Shown here: in pieces, positions 12,236 through 23,384 of the stretch | Position numbering within the stretch: the first letter of the stretch is position 1 | How the letters are laid out: each line of letters begins with the position of its first letter | Source of the DNA: Orycteropus afer | Lineage: Eukaryota | NCBI RefSeq assembly: GCF_000298275.1 | Contig: NW_006921853.1 | Coordinates: forward strand, 3,431,147-3,468,046 | Reading direction: 5' to 3' | Length of the DNA: 36,900 nt | Translations under genes and position numbers: made by a program | Notes under the pieces: generated by a model | Told to the model about the DNA's origin: nothing | What the model saw: only the letters and a program-made list of their open reading frames with translations | The model's database searches: none

Positions 12236-12239
12236 TGTA

Positions 12240-12495
12240 TTAATCTAAGAGGGATGGGAAAACTGACCAGGCTTCAATTAGGGTTCCATACACCTTATTT
12301 GCATGGTCCCACCCCGTAAGGGTGCTGTATACCTTATTTACATTACTAAGAAGCTATGCAGTCCTCTTGGTGGGCCACAAGCACCTCACATTTACATAGT
12401 TCCACCTAGTCATCTAGTGGGGGTCATAAAGACCATAGCTAGAGGAACCATATTAAGTAATTCAGTGCACCGCAGATGTAAAAAAAAAAAAAGAC
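12240..12495 (+). repeat. Unclassified interspersed repeat with a poly(A) end. It is the inverse copy of the element at 25900-26200.
   Basis: 'gggttccatacaccttatttgcatgg...gggtgctgtataccttatttacattactaagaagctatgc...ctggtgggccacaagc' aligns to the reverse complement of 26030-26150. It ends in A13. Confidence 0.5.
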
Positions 12496-12559
12496 AGTTG
12501 AGAGTGTGGTTCATCATAGCTCAAATGCATCCTAAGTTGAGGACTACCTGTATTTAATT

Positions 12560-12826
12560 TTTGAGGTCTCATTTGTTTGTTTTGTCTTTTGCTACTGGTG
12601 CTGTGTTGTCATATCTAATAGCCCAGTGCAAAAACTAGGTCCCACAGCTTCACTCCTACATTTCCTTCTAAGAATTTTATGGTTTTAGTTTTCACATTTA
12701 GGTCCTTGATCCATTTTGAATTGGTTTTGTGTACAGTGTGAGGGTTGGATCCTGATTTATCCCAATTTTTTTTAGCACCATTTATTGAAGAGATGTTTCC
12801 TTCCCCATTGGATATACTTAGCAAAC

Positions 12827-12857
<31 letters not shown>

Positions 12858-13130
12858 ACTGCCGTTGAGTTGGATCCGACTCATAGCGACCCCTTGCACC
12901 CTTGTCAAAAATCAGTTCACCATAGATGAATGGATTTATTTCTGGATTTTCAATACTATTTCATTGGTCTGTATGTCTGTTATTACACCAGTACCAGGCT
13001 GTTTTAATTACTGTGTCCGTGTAGTATGTTTTGAAGTCAGGGAACGTGAGTACTCCTGTATTGTACTTTTTCAAGATTGCTTTAGCCATTCAGGGTCTCT
13101 TGCCTTCCATGTAAATTTGTTGTTGTTATT
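12560..13130 (+). mobile_element. L1 ORF2 C-terminal fragment with a small SINE-tail insertion at about 12826-12900.
   Basis: ORF 12745..13236 gives 'FLAPFIEEMFPSPLDIL...WIRLIATPCTLVKNQFTIDEWIYFW', L1 ORF2-like. The inserted piece is 'cactgccgttgagttggatccgactcatagcgacccc', a minus-oriented AfroSINE/RTE tail. Confidence 0.6.
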
Positions 13131-14100
13131 AAGTGCCATCAAGTTGGCTACAACACATAGCGACGCTTTGTACAACAGCAACACTGCCTGGTCCTGTGAC
13201 ATCCTTATAGCTACTGTGTTTAATCTGTCTAGTTGAGGGTCTTCCCCTTTTTCACTGACCCTCTACTTTACCCGGCATGATATCCTCCAGGGACTGGTCC
13301 CTTCTGACAACATAACCAAAGTACAAGAGACAAAGTCTGGCCATTCTTGCTTCTAAGGAGCTTTCTGGCTACACTTTTTCCAGGAGAGATTTGTTTGTTC
13401 GTACTGGCAGTCTTTTGATATTTTCAATATTCTTTGCCAACACCACAATTCAAAGTCATCGACTCTTCTTTGGTCATCCTTATTCATTGTCCAGTTTTTA
13501 CACGCGTATCTGGCAATTGTGAAAATACCATGGCTTGGGTTAGGTCCACCTTAGTCTTCATTGGTAAGTGCTTCAAGTCATCCTGACTTTCAGCAAGCAA
13601 AGTTGTGTCATCTGCATGTCTCACGTTGTTAATGAGTTTTCCCCAGATCCTGATGCCAAGTTCTTTCTCATATAGTCCACCTTCTGGATTATTTGCTCAG
13701 CATACAGATTGAATAAGTATAGTGAAAGGATACAACCATGACTCACACCCTTCCTGATTTCAAATCATGAAGTATCCCCTTGTTTGTTTGAATGACAACC
13801 TTTTGGTCTATGTACAAGTTCCTCATGAGCACAATTAAGTGTTATGGAATTTCCATTCTCTGTAATGTTATCTATAATGTGTTATGATCCACACAGTTGA
13901 ATGCCTTTGCATAATCAATAAAACACAGGTAAACATCCTTCTGATAGTCTTTGCTTTCAGCCAAGATCCATCTGACCTTTGCAATGATATTCCTAGTTCC
14001 ACGTCCTCTTCTGGATCCAGCTTGAATTTCTGGAAGTTCCCTGTCAATATACTGCTGCAACCATTTTTTAATTATCTTCAGCAAAATATACATTTGAGTA
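13130..14100 (-). mobile_element. RTE/BovB-type LINE covering the RT-to-3'-tail portion.
   Basis: Minus ORF 13872..14093 gives 'LQQYIDRELPEIQAGSRRGRGTRNIIAKVRWILAESKDYQKDVYLCFIDYAKAFNCVDHNTL'. Reverse-complemented tail sequence is at 13130-13210. Confidence 0.8.
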
Positions 14101-14104
14101 TTGG

Positions 14105-14650
14105 CTTTTACATTTATGTCAAGAAGGCTATGGGAATTTTAATGAGGGTTGCATTGAATTTATAAAATGCTTTGGGTAGTATTGACATGCTAAGTATATT
14201 AAGCCTTCCAATCCACAAGCATGCAATGTCCTTCCATTTGTTTAGGTCTTCTGTATTTTAGTAATGTTTTGTAGTTTTCTGTGTACAAGCCTTTCACCTT
14301 CCTGGTTAAATTTATTCCTAAGTACCTTATTCTTTTAGATGCTATAGTAAATGTAAATGGTAGTATTTCCTTAGCATAATTTTATACCTGATATTGCTCA
14401 TGTATAAAAAACGGACTGATTTTTTACTTTGCCCTTGTACCCTGCCACCATGCTGAATTCATTACTAATAGCTTTCTTGTGGATTCTTTGGGGGTTTTCT
14501 ATGTATAGGATCATGTCATCTGTGAAAAGGGATAGTTTTACTTTCTCATTCTCAATTTGGATACATTTGTTTTCCTAATTGCTCTTGGTAGGACTTTCAG
14601 ACCCAGGTTGAATAGCAGTGGTGAGAGTGAGCATCCTTTTCTTGATACTG
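14105..14650 (-). mobile_element. L1 ORF2 internal fragment, antisense on plus.
   Basis: The plus strand reads like the L1 ORF2 antisense strand, with blocks such as 'catgtcatctgtgaaaagggatagttttactttctc...ttgaatagcagtggtgagagtgagcatcc'. Confidence 0.6.
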
Positions 14651-14655
14651 ATCTT

Positions 14656-16560
14656 TTTTTTTTTTTTTAAATGGTGATTTGAGTGAAAGGTTACAGAGAA
14701 AATTCACTTTCCATACTACAGTTCACATACACTTTGTCTCATGACATTGACTACAATTTACCCCAATGCAACAACTCTCCTCCCACTTCCTCCCCATAGT
14801 TACCTCTTCCCTGTGTCCTTCCCTCCATGCACTCCTGCCCCCTGAGCTGTCTCCCTGTGCATACACAGCCCTTCTATTCTCCCACAATTGTTCTCTCCCA
14901 GGAGTGTACCTTTACCTAATGTAAATGTTCACCTCATATGCCTGTCTTTTGTTTGGCTGGAAGCCACAGCAGTGGGCTCAATTCCAGACCTGAAGGGCAG
15001 CTAGGGGCCATAGTCTCAGTGGTTCTACCAGGCTTTATCAGACCAGCAAACCTGGTCCCTTCCCCTCTCCCTTGAGATGAATGAGTTTTGTTCCACATTG
15101 TTCTCCCTCTCTATCCAGGATCTCCTATATAGATCTTCCTCTGAGTGGTTGACAGTGGTAGCTGGGCACCATCTAGTTCTTCTGGTCTCATAGTTGTATA
15201 AGCTGTGGATCACATGGTGTACCAGTCACTAGGACTAATTGTTTCCATGAATCTTTAGTTTTCTTCATTTTTCTTTGCTCTGGACAAGGAGAGACCCATC
15301 GTTGCATCTGGATGGCTATTTGCAAGCTTTTAGGATCCCAGTTGCTACTTGCCAAAGTAGGAAGTGGAACAATGTTTTGTGTAGTATGTTATACTAGTTG
15401 AGCTTGATGTCCCCTGTGACTATGGTCCCGAGTCCACAGGTTCAACTACTCACTCCGAGTAGCTGGCTGTGCCCAAGAAGTGACTACAACCTTGTCCCTT
15501 GTCAGCTCTACTACACCCCTGGGAATTCTTACAGAACATACAAATACACTTGTAGAAACATTGTCTGGCAACTCTATACATCATCTTGGGCACACTCCTC
15601 CTTACACAGACATACCTAATAGTTCAACCTGTCCACCCATCTATTCACACATATATCCATGTTTTCCCTCACTGACAACACAGTACTATATGTGCATCTT
15701 TGTTGTCTATACCTCCCATATACCTCTCTATGCCTTCTTCTTCATCAATGCCACCACGTTGAACACTCACATTTAGTACAGTGTTCTTCTCTTCACCCAA
15801 ATCAATACTTGTCTTTACCTATCTAACAGTGTTCACTCCTTTCCCCTCCCACCCCTGGTAACCAACAAAGAAAATTTCCTTCCTTATATAAACTTTTCAC
15901 AATAACAGACTAATACAGTATTTGTCATTCTGTGATTGACTTATTTCACTCAGCATAATGTCCTCCAAGTTGATCCATGTAATGTGGTGTTTTGCAGATT
16001 CTACGTTATTCTTTAGGGTTGCATAGTATTCCATTGTGTGTATGTACCATAGTTTGGTTATCCATTCCTCAGTAGATGGACACCTAGGTTATTTACATCT
16101 TTTGGCTATTGTTAATAGTGCTGCGATGAACATGGGTGTGCATATGTCTGTTCTTGTCCTGGCTCTCACTTCTTTAGGATATATACCTAGTAATGGAATG
16201 GCTGGGTCAAATGGTATTTCTAATTCCAACTTTTTAAGGAATTGCCATACTGTTTTCCACAGTGGTTGTACCATTTTACAGTCCCACCAGCAGTGTAGGA
16301 GAGTCCTAGTCTCTGTGCATCCTCGCCGGCATTTATTTTCTGTCTTGTTGAACTTCGCTACTCGTGCTGGGGCAAGATGGTATCTCATTGTTGTTTTGAT
16401 TTGCTCTTGATTCTGATCTTAATGGAAAAGTTCTCAGTCTTTCTCCATTGAGTATGATGTTAGCTGTAGTTTTTTCATAAATATTATTTATTAAGTGGAG
16501 GAATTTCCCCTCAATCCCTATCTTGTTGAGTGTTTTTTTTTTTTTCAATTATGAAGATTG
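14656..16560 (-). mobile_element. L1 3' portion: ORF2 C-terminus at about 15830-16560, plus a roughly 1.1-kb 3' UTR ending in poly(A).
   Basis: Minus ORF 16089..16388 gives 'MRYHLAPARVAKFNKTENKCRRGCTETRTLLHCWWDCKMVQPLWKTVWQFLKKLELEIPFDPAIPLLGIYPKEV...CTPMFIAALLTIAK', a canonical L1 ORF2 C-terminus. A poly-T at 14656-14671 marks the element's poly(A). Confidence 0.85.
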
Positions 16561-16566
16561 AATTTT

Positions 16567-16739
16567 TTTTTTTTAATTTTATTTTGATTTGGGTGAAGAT
16601 TTACAGAGTAAATTCACTTTTCATACAGCAGTTCACATAATATACTGTCTCATGTCATTGACCAAAATTTACAATGCAACAGCTCCCCTCCCACTTTCTC
16701 CCCATAGTTACCTCTTCCCAGTGTCCATCCCTCCATACT
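16567..16739 (-). mobile_element. Nested short L1 3'-end retrocopy inside the older L1. It is flanked by a target-site duplication of about 14 bp, 'gaagattgaatttt'.
   Basis: Poly-T at 16566-16580. The TSD copies are at about 16552-16566 and 16741-16755. The body has the blocks 'gatttgggtgaagatttacagag...tccccatagttacctcttccc'. Confidence 0.65.
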
Positions 16740-16755
16740 TGAAGATTGAATTTTG

Positions 16756-17000
16756 TTAATTGCTTTTTCTGCATCTATTGAGATGGTCATATTTTCTCTT
16801 TCTTTGTTCTCTTAATGTGATATATTACATTGGTTGATTTTCTAATGTTGAACTACCCTTGCATTCCTGAGATAAATCCTATTTGATCATGTGTATAATC
16901 TTCTCACCATTTTTCTTTTAATTTGGTTTGCTAGTATTTTGATTATTTTTGCATCTATATTCATTAGGTAAATTGGTCTGCTTTTAGACATTTTTGCCTG
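16756..17000 (-). mobile_element. L1 ORF2 reverse-transcriptase-region fragment. It is the host L1 resuming after the nested insertion.
   Basis: The plus strand reads as L1 antisense: 'ctgcatctattgagatggtcatattttctctttc...cccttgcattcctgagataaatcctatttgatcatgtg...ttgattatttttgcatctatattcattagg'. Confidence 0.6.
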
Positions 17001-17454
17001 TTCAGCTGAACCATTCCTAGAATATTTACGTAACAATGGAATATTCTTTGATTAATCTTTAAGGTTTTCCAAAAGGAAAAAGGGCAGGAAAAAAAAAGTG
17101 AGGCATTACATCAGACAAATATAAAATTATCACTTTAGAAGACTGTGTTCCCTCTGCAAAGAAAGGGAAGAAAGTTTAAACAAAGAGAAACAGGTTCTGA
17201 CTTACCTACACTTTTTTTTTTTTAAAGAGAGTCAGATTAGAGCTGATTTAATAAACAAATAAATGTCCTTGACAATTTAATCAAGACCCAGCTTTGATTG
17301 CTGGCCTGTGTACTTCATCACACATCAGTCATTGTGGGCTTCTGTGCTGCTATGATGCTAAACACGTACAGCAGAGCTTCCAGACTAAGATGACTAGGAA
17401 GAAAAGCTTGGTGATCTTTGTCCAAAACCAGCCAATCACAACAATCCAATCTGC

Positions 17455-17550
17455 AAGCAGTCAGAGATGGCACAGGGTGGGCAACATTTGGTTCTGTTGT
17501 GCATAGAGTTGCTGTGAGTAGGGGCCAGTTTCACAGCCGCTAACAACACC
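17455..17550 (+). mobile_element. RTE/AfroSINE 3'-tail fragment.
   Basis: '...gttctgttgtgcatagagttgctgtgagtaggggccagtttcacagccgctaacaaca' matches the RTE 3' end '...AVFRSVVHRVAMSRNQLDGT'. Confidence 0.4.
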
Positions 17551-18143
17551 TGGTTGTGGAAGAGGGTGGAAGGAGGCACTCCTCCCTCCATGCTTCCAAA
17601 CAGCCCAGAACAGAAGCCCAGAGAGCTACTCCAGTTCCTAAAGTACCTAAGCAGTTTCCTCCTCTCCAATCTGAGAGGCGTGGCAGATGTGTGCTATGAC
17701 TGGCAGGTGATGCCAAAGGAGGCCTCCAAATGTTGGGGGGTTTGAGGCAGGGATAGATGACTGGCAGCAAGAGGGTTAGACCTCCAAGAGGATTTCCTAG
17801 CCAGGCTAGGTAGCAGGCGGAATTCATAGTGAGAAGAAACATTAGTCGTTCAGGAACCATCCCAGAGGGGCTGGCACGTAGGCCCTGTCCTCCCTGTGGC
17901 ATTTTTCCCCCACCTGAGGTCCAGGAAAGCGGATTACCTAACCAGAGGACAGGTCTGGCTTGGCGGGTAAGACTCTGGAGTTTTATTTCGGGTTAGTGTT
18001 CTCCCTGCCTCAGCTTCCTCTCCACTTTACAAACAAGAGTAGTCTCTAGTAATTGTCTCAAGATTTCAGGTGTACTTTCAATAACTAAGCTCCTTTTCAC
18101 CGTAAAGAAACAGAAAAACATTTGGGTGGCCAGAAATGTCCGT

Positions 18144-18149
18144 TTTATT
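18144..18149 (-). terminator. MVP: AATAAA polyadenylation signal for MVP.
   Basis: Plus-strand 'tttatt' is AATAAA on the gene strand, 16 nt downstream of the stop. This is consistent with a very short MVP 3' UTR. Confidence 0.6.
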
Positions 18150-18165
18150 TCAGTGCAGTACAGAG

Positions 18166-18384
18166 CTAAGGCACGATGTGGGTGCTCCCAAAAGCTTGAG
18201 GAGCAGGAGGGCATTGGGAAAGCAGGGCTTCTTGCGGGCTGGGCCCACCAGCCACCTTCCTGACTGGGGCCTGAACCTCAGACCCTGCCCCTAGCAGACC
18301 TAAGGCCGTGTTGAAGAGATTGATGGGAGTGGAGCCATCAGTGATGAGGGTTGATTTCAGGCCCAGACTCTGGAGCAGTTTTAC
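18166..18384 (-). CDS. MVP: Major vault protein terminal coding exon encoding [72 protein letters not shown], with the TAG stop at 18166-18168.
   Basis: Lies within minus ORF 18166..18528. Acceptor is ctccctccag|GTAAAACTG. The diagnostic MVP C-terminus '[25 protein letters not shown](F/L)GLLG' is present. Confidence 0.9.
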   Translation of the reverse strand, partial: VKLLQSLGLKSTLITDGSTPINLFNTALGLLGAGSEVQAPVRKVAGGPSPQEALLSQCPPAPQAFGSTHIVP

Positions 18385-18957
18385 CTGGAGGGAGAGAGGA
18401 GGGTGAGATGAGGTCCCTTCTCTCATCTCCGAGACTGGCTCTCTAGGGCAGGCCCCCATCCACTCCTCTGCGACTCTGCAGCTGTCTCCCACCCCATCCT
18501 CAGAAGATCGGTCAACAATAAATGACAAGCACGCGGGGAGCCTGGGGCGCTGCCTCTCCCACAGCTCAGCATTTCACCCCTTTGCTTGCTCTGTTGCAGC
18601 CAGAGGCCTTTCCGTTCCTGAAATGCACCAGGTTGTCCTCTCTGTGTCTTTCCACTTGGACTCTCTGGTGGAGAACTCTTCTCAACTCCACGTAGGGCTC
18701 AAGTACCCCATCTCAGAGTGACTTGACTTAAAGTGACTAATCTGAAGTGACAACCACACCCCTATCATCTCACCACCCTGCCTGACTTCCTTAGAGGCAC
18801 TTGTCATAGACTGACGCTGTCCCATCTGTTTGCTGTCTCCTTGTGAGCTCTAGCTCACTGCTGCATCTAGTACAGTGTCTGGCACATAAGGGTAGCACAG
18901 TATTTAAGTATGATACTGTGCTCAAATGTTAACAGGAATCAGAATATGTGATATAAA

Positions 18958-19148
18958 AACAAACGAACAAACAAAAAACCCACTGCCATTGAGTCTCCTC
19001 TGACTTATAGCAAGCCTATAGGACAGAGTAGAACTGTTCTATAGGGTTTCCAAAGCTGTAAATCTTTAAAGAAGCAGACTCTCTCGTCTTCCTCCCGTGG
19101 AGTAGCTGGTGAGTTCAAACCATTGACCTTTTGGTTGGCAGCTGAATC
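18958..19148 (-). mobile_element. tRNA-derived SINE of the second subfamily, inside the MVP intron between the last two exons.
   Basis: 'cccactgccattgagtc...tataggacagagtagaactg...tttccaaagctgtaaatctttaaagaagcagact...ggtgagttcaaaccattgacc...'. Homologous to 5652-5852. Confidence 0.7.
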
Positions 19149-19240
19149 TAGGGGCAATTCAATCACTGTTTGACCTCATCCCCTGGTTGACACTTTTCTA
19201 GATGTTGTGTTGTCTCCCTGGCTCTGTCTTCTTAGTTCTA

Positions 19241-19492
<252 letters not shown>

Positions 19493-20149
19493 TCATTGAA
19501 TCACATGGCCCTTGGAAACTGTCCAACAAGTTGCTGTAGCCACAAGACTGATGGGACTCAGGGGGTGGAGTTGTAAACTTGCAGTCAATTAGGGATGAAT
19601 CCTGGCTATGCCACCTTTTGGGTTATGCCTGGAGAGCCTCTTAATCTGAGCCTCTTAATGCTTACTTTGATGGGATTTCAATCATTAAATAAGATCATGC
19701 ATATGCAATATTTGCAATACCTGGTACAGAATGGGCTAAATGTCTATGAGTACTTTTCTGTAAAATAGGCATAATAATCTTTACCTTCAAGGAAATTATT
19801 AAATGAACCGATACATGGCAAATAATTTTGTAAAATACAAGGTACTTGAATAGGAATTTATATTAGCGCACCTTCTTGATTTCCTACCTGGCTTCAGTGA
19901 AAATACTAAGGACGGACTGGGGTGGGGGAAGCTAGTGGTACAAGGTAGCAGGGCTGGAGAGGAGCCTAGCTCCTAGTTTGTTGCTTATCACTCACTCCAG
20001 TGTGAAGATTTTTAACCAATGTACCCTAACATAGGAGCTTGAATTCTTTTTCTAGAGTCCAAATACATTCTCCATGACTCAGAATAGTGAAAGAGGTATG
20101 CTCCAGACTCATAGGCTGCTGGAGAGACAGCTAGGAATTTGAAGAAGTA

Positions 20150-20780
20150 GACATTCTTTGAATCCTCAAAGGCTACTAGGTGAGGCAGCTAAGTGTTTGG
20201 AAAACAAGGTGATGCCCGAAGGAGGAGAAAGACGGCAGCATAAATGGGAACATTCCCATCTTCCCACAAAAAAAAGAAAAGAAAAAAGACAAGCAGAAAT
20301 TGGTAGAATCAATCATCTCAGAGCTCTGAAAACCAGCCGATGGATTAGGGCATCTAAGCAAACACTGCATCAGAAAGGTGACATATAAATAGTAAGGGTA
20401 CTGATTATACACAGTCCATACCCCATCCCCTCCCTACTTTGGCACAGAAATCTTGTGGCAGCTACAGCAACTGTGCACCCAGGAGAGAGTCTGGTGTTGG
20501 AGCAGCCACAGCCTGCATCCCCAGGCAAGGGGTCTGTTTAAGCAGACGACTATAGCCTTCCACTATTAAAACAGCAACAGTAAAAACAATAGAAGAAAAC
20601 CCTAGAGAAGGGGAGGAAACTGATTTCCAGAGTTACCACAGTGTAAGAGTCAAATGTCCTGGTTTCAACAAAAAATAACAAGGTATATGAAAAAAATAGA
20701 AAGCAAAAATGGCTCATACAAAAGACCAAAATAAAGTGAAGGGAAATGTCCCTGACTAAGGACAGATAATGCACTTACTG
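20150..20780 (+). mobile_element. L1 5'UTR and ORF1-start region.
   Basis: Continuous with the L1 ORF1 coding segments downstream at 20956-21100 and 21490-22205 once the SINE insertions are removed. Confidence 0.35.
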
Positions 20781-20784
20781 GTCA

Positions 20785-20955
20785 CCAACCAAACCAAGCC
20801 CACTGCCATCGAGTTGATTCCAACTCATAGTGACCCCCATTGGGTTTCCAAGGGGGATTGCCTCATCTTCCTTCTGTGGAGTGGCTGGTAGGTTTGAACC
20901 ATCAGCCTTCTGGTTAGCAGTCAAATGCCACAGGCACTGTACCACTAGAGCTCCT
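20785..20955 (-). mobile_element. AfroSINE inserted into the L1.
   Basis: 'cccactgccatcgagttgattccaactcatagtgaccc...ggtaggtttgaaccatcagccttctggttagcagtcaaatgccacaggcactgtaccactagagctcc'. Confidence 0.8.
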
Positions 20956-21100
20956 CACTTACTAATCAAGGATTTTAAATTAACAATACTAAATATGCTC
21001 AAAGAACTAAAGGTAAAGATGGACAAAGAACTAAAGAAAATGAGGAAAATGATACAGGAAAAAGAAAGAGAATTTTTATAAAGAGATCATTTTTTTTTTT
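20956..21100 (+). mobile_element. L1 ORF1 coiled-coil fragment.
   Basis: ORF 20830..21081 has the tail '...ILNMLKELKVKMDKELKKMRKMIQEKEREFL'. Confidence 0.5.
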
Positions 21101-21104
21101 TATG

Positions 21105-21485
21105 AACCCAACAGAAATGTTGTTGTTATGTGCCGTCGAGTCAGACCCAACTCATAGTGACTCCTCCTTGGGTTTCCGAGGCGGTTGTTGTTGTTGTTGT
21201 TGTTGTTGTTATAGCGACCCCTCCTTGGGTTTCCAAGGCAGTATCACTACGGAAGTAGGATTGCCCAACCTTCCCTCCGAGGAGTGGCTGCTGGGTTTGA
21301 ACTGCCAGCCATTTGGTTAGCAGGCAAGTGTCTTAGCCACTATGCTACCAGAGCTCCCTCCGAGGCAGTATCACTGCAGAAGTAGATTGCCCAACCTTCC
21401 TTCTGAGGAGTGGCTGGTGAGTTTGAACTGCCAGCCTTCTGCTTAGCAGTCAAGTGCCTTAGGCACTACGCTACCAGAGCTCCCC
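21105..21485 (-). mobile_element. Two tandem AfroSINE copies, one full and one 5'-partial. The first carries an internal (GTT)8 microsatellite.
   Basis: Both copies end '...gccttaggcactacgctaccagagctccc'. (GTT)n is at about 21186-21209. Confidence 0.8.
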
Positions 21486-21489
21486 CAAA

Positions 21490-22205
21490 CAGAAATACTG
21501 AACTTGAAAATTACAGGAACAGAAATAAAAAATTCACTGGAGGGGCTCAACAGGAGATTTGATTTGGCAGAAGAAAGAATCAGTAAAGATGGAGATAGGG
21601 CAATTTAGATTGTCAAGAGTAAGGAGTAAAATGAAAAAATGAAGGAGTGAAGAGAGCCTAAGGGACTTGTGGGACATCATCAAGCTGATTAATATACACA
21701 TTATGGGAATCCAAGAAGTAATATAAATGAACAGAATGACTACTTGGGGAAATAATGGCTGAAAACATCCCAAATTTGATGACAGGAATTAATCTACATA
21801 TCCAAGGTGTTCACCAAACACCAAGAAGAATAAACCTAAATATATACACACTGAGACAATTATAAAATTCTCAAAAAGCAGAAATAAAGGGAGACTCTTG
21901 AGACCAGCAAGAGAGAATCATCACATCCAAGAGATCCTCAGTAAGATTGAGTGCCAGTTTCTCCTTAGAAATCATAGAAGCTGGAAGGCAGTGGGGTCAC
22001 ATTTAAGGTACTGACAGAAAGAAAAAAGAAGCTGTCAGTCAAGAATTCTGTGCCCATCAAAATTATCTTTAAATATGAGGGTGAAACGAAGAGAATCCCA
22101 GATCAACAAAAGCTGAGGTAGTTTTGTTACTTTAAGAAATGTTAAAGGGAGCCCTTCATGTTGTAAAGAAAGACACTAGACAGTAATTCAAAGAAGTATG
22201 AAGGA
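21490..22205 (+). mobile_element. L1 ORF1 C-terminal half.
   Basis: Translation gives '...EIKNSLEGLNRRFDLAEERISKDGDRAI...SLRDLWDIIKLINIHIMGIQE...KIIFKYEGETKRIPDQQKLR', an L1 ORF1 RRM/CTD. Confidence 0.7.
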
Positions 22206-22209
22206 AAAA

Positions 22210-22960
22210 AGTTAAATAAAAAGGCTTTCTTCATTTTGTTTTGATCTTTTTTCTGATTGATCTTTTTCCAAAGAAGTGAAATTTATTCTGTCTTCCATTG
22301 CGTCAAATCTACTCCTTTGCCCTTTCAATGCATTATCCATTTCTGACAATTCAGTATTAATCATCTGGATTTCTATCTGTAGACTCTGAATGATTTCTAA
22401 TTTTTCTTTTGTCATCTTGTTCTTGTATTTTCTTCTCAAATTCTAGGGTTTTGTCTGTGTTTTCCTTGATCTGTCTCTCAATCCTTTGAAGATACCTAAA
22501 TATAATTCTTTTGCATTCCTTACCAGGGAGTTCCAATGCTGTGTCTTCCTCAGAGATGTGTTTTGGGTCTGTATCCTGGTCCCTTTTTTCTCCTGCTTTA
22601 TCTTGATTCTTTGTGTGGACTGTGATGCTCTGTTGTCTCCAAGGCATTGTGATGATTTTGTGTTTATATTTAATTGGTGATTGTATGTTGGAGTGACTTG
22701 CCCATGATTTTTGTTTTCTTTGTTTTGTTTTAATATTATCTATGCAAGCAAGGTACTGTGCTGTGCTTTTCACTACTTGGAAATATTCAGGCTGTTGGTC
22801 CCGTCAGAGTAGATGACAGTCCGCAGCTCCAAGCATCTCTGTACTCACTGTTTTCGTTCAGGTTTTTCCACTAGTTGGTGCCTACTTCTGTATAGTTCCT
22901 TTCAAAGCTCAGGGCTCCAGAATTATCTTCTGTCAATTGGTTTTTCTTTTCTTTGTTGAA
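22210..22960 (-). mobile_element. L1 ORF1 N-terminal coiled-coil plus upstream region, in the opposite orientation to the adjacent L1 ORF1 fragment.
   Basis: Minus ORFs 22212..22439 and 22357..22773 are lysine/glutamate-rich coiled coils such as 'IERQIKENTDKTLEFEKKIQEQDDKRK'. Block 22790-22960 matches window 160-330. Confidence 0.6.
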
Positions 22961-23384
22961 GAGGGTCTATGTTGGTTGTCTGCCTACTCCTCCATCTTAC
23001 CAGAAGGGGTGGTATGATTTCTAGACTGCTGCTTCCACTGGCATTGATTGAGAATCCAAGTAAAACGAAATCCTTGACAACTTTAATCTTTCATCCATTT
23101 ATCATGATGTTTTCTATTGGTCTGGTTGTGAGGATTTTTTTTATGTTGAGGTGTAATTCATACTGAAGGCTGTAGTCTTTGATCTTCATCAGTAAGTGCT
23201 TCAAGTCACTTTCAGCAAGCAAGGTTTTTTCATCTGCATATCATAGGCTGTTAATGAGTCTCCCTCCAATTCTGATCTCACACTCTTCTTCACATAGTAT
23301 AGCTTCTTTGTACAGATAGAATATATATGGTAAAAGGATACAACCCTAAAGCATACCTTTCCTGATTTTAAACCATGCAGTATC

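Noticed and set aside
17300-18120. A possible CDIPT 3' exon or UTR on the plus strand just beyond the MVP 3' end, as expected from human synteny.
   Set aside because: I could find no reading frame encoding the CDIPT C-terminus, and part of the segment is an RTE-tail fragment. Not enough evidence to call a feature. It is listed as an open question in findings.
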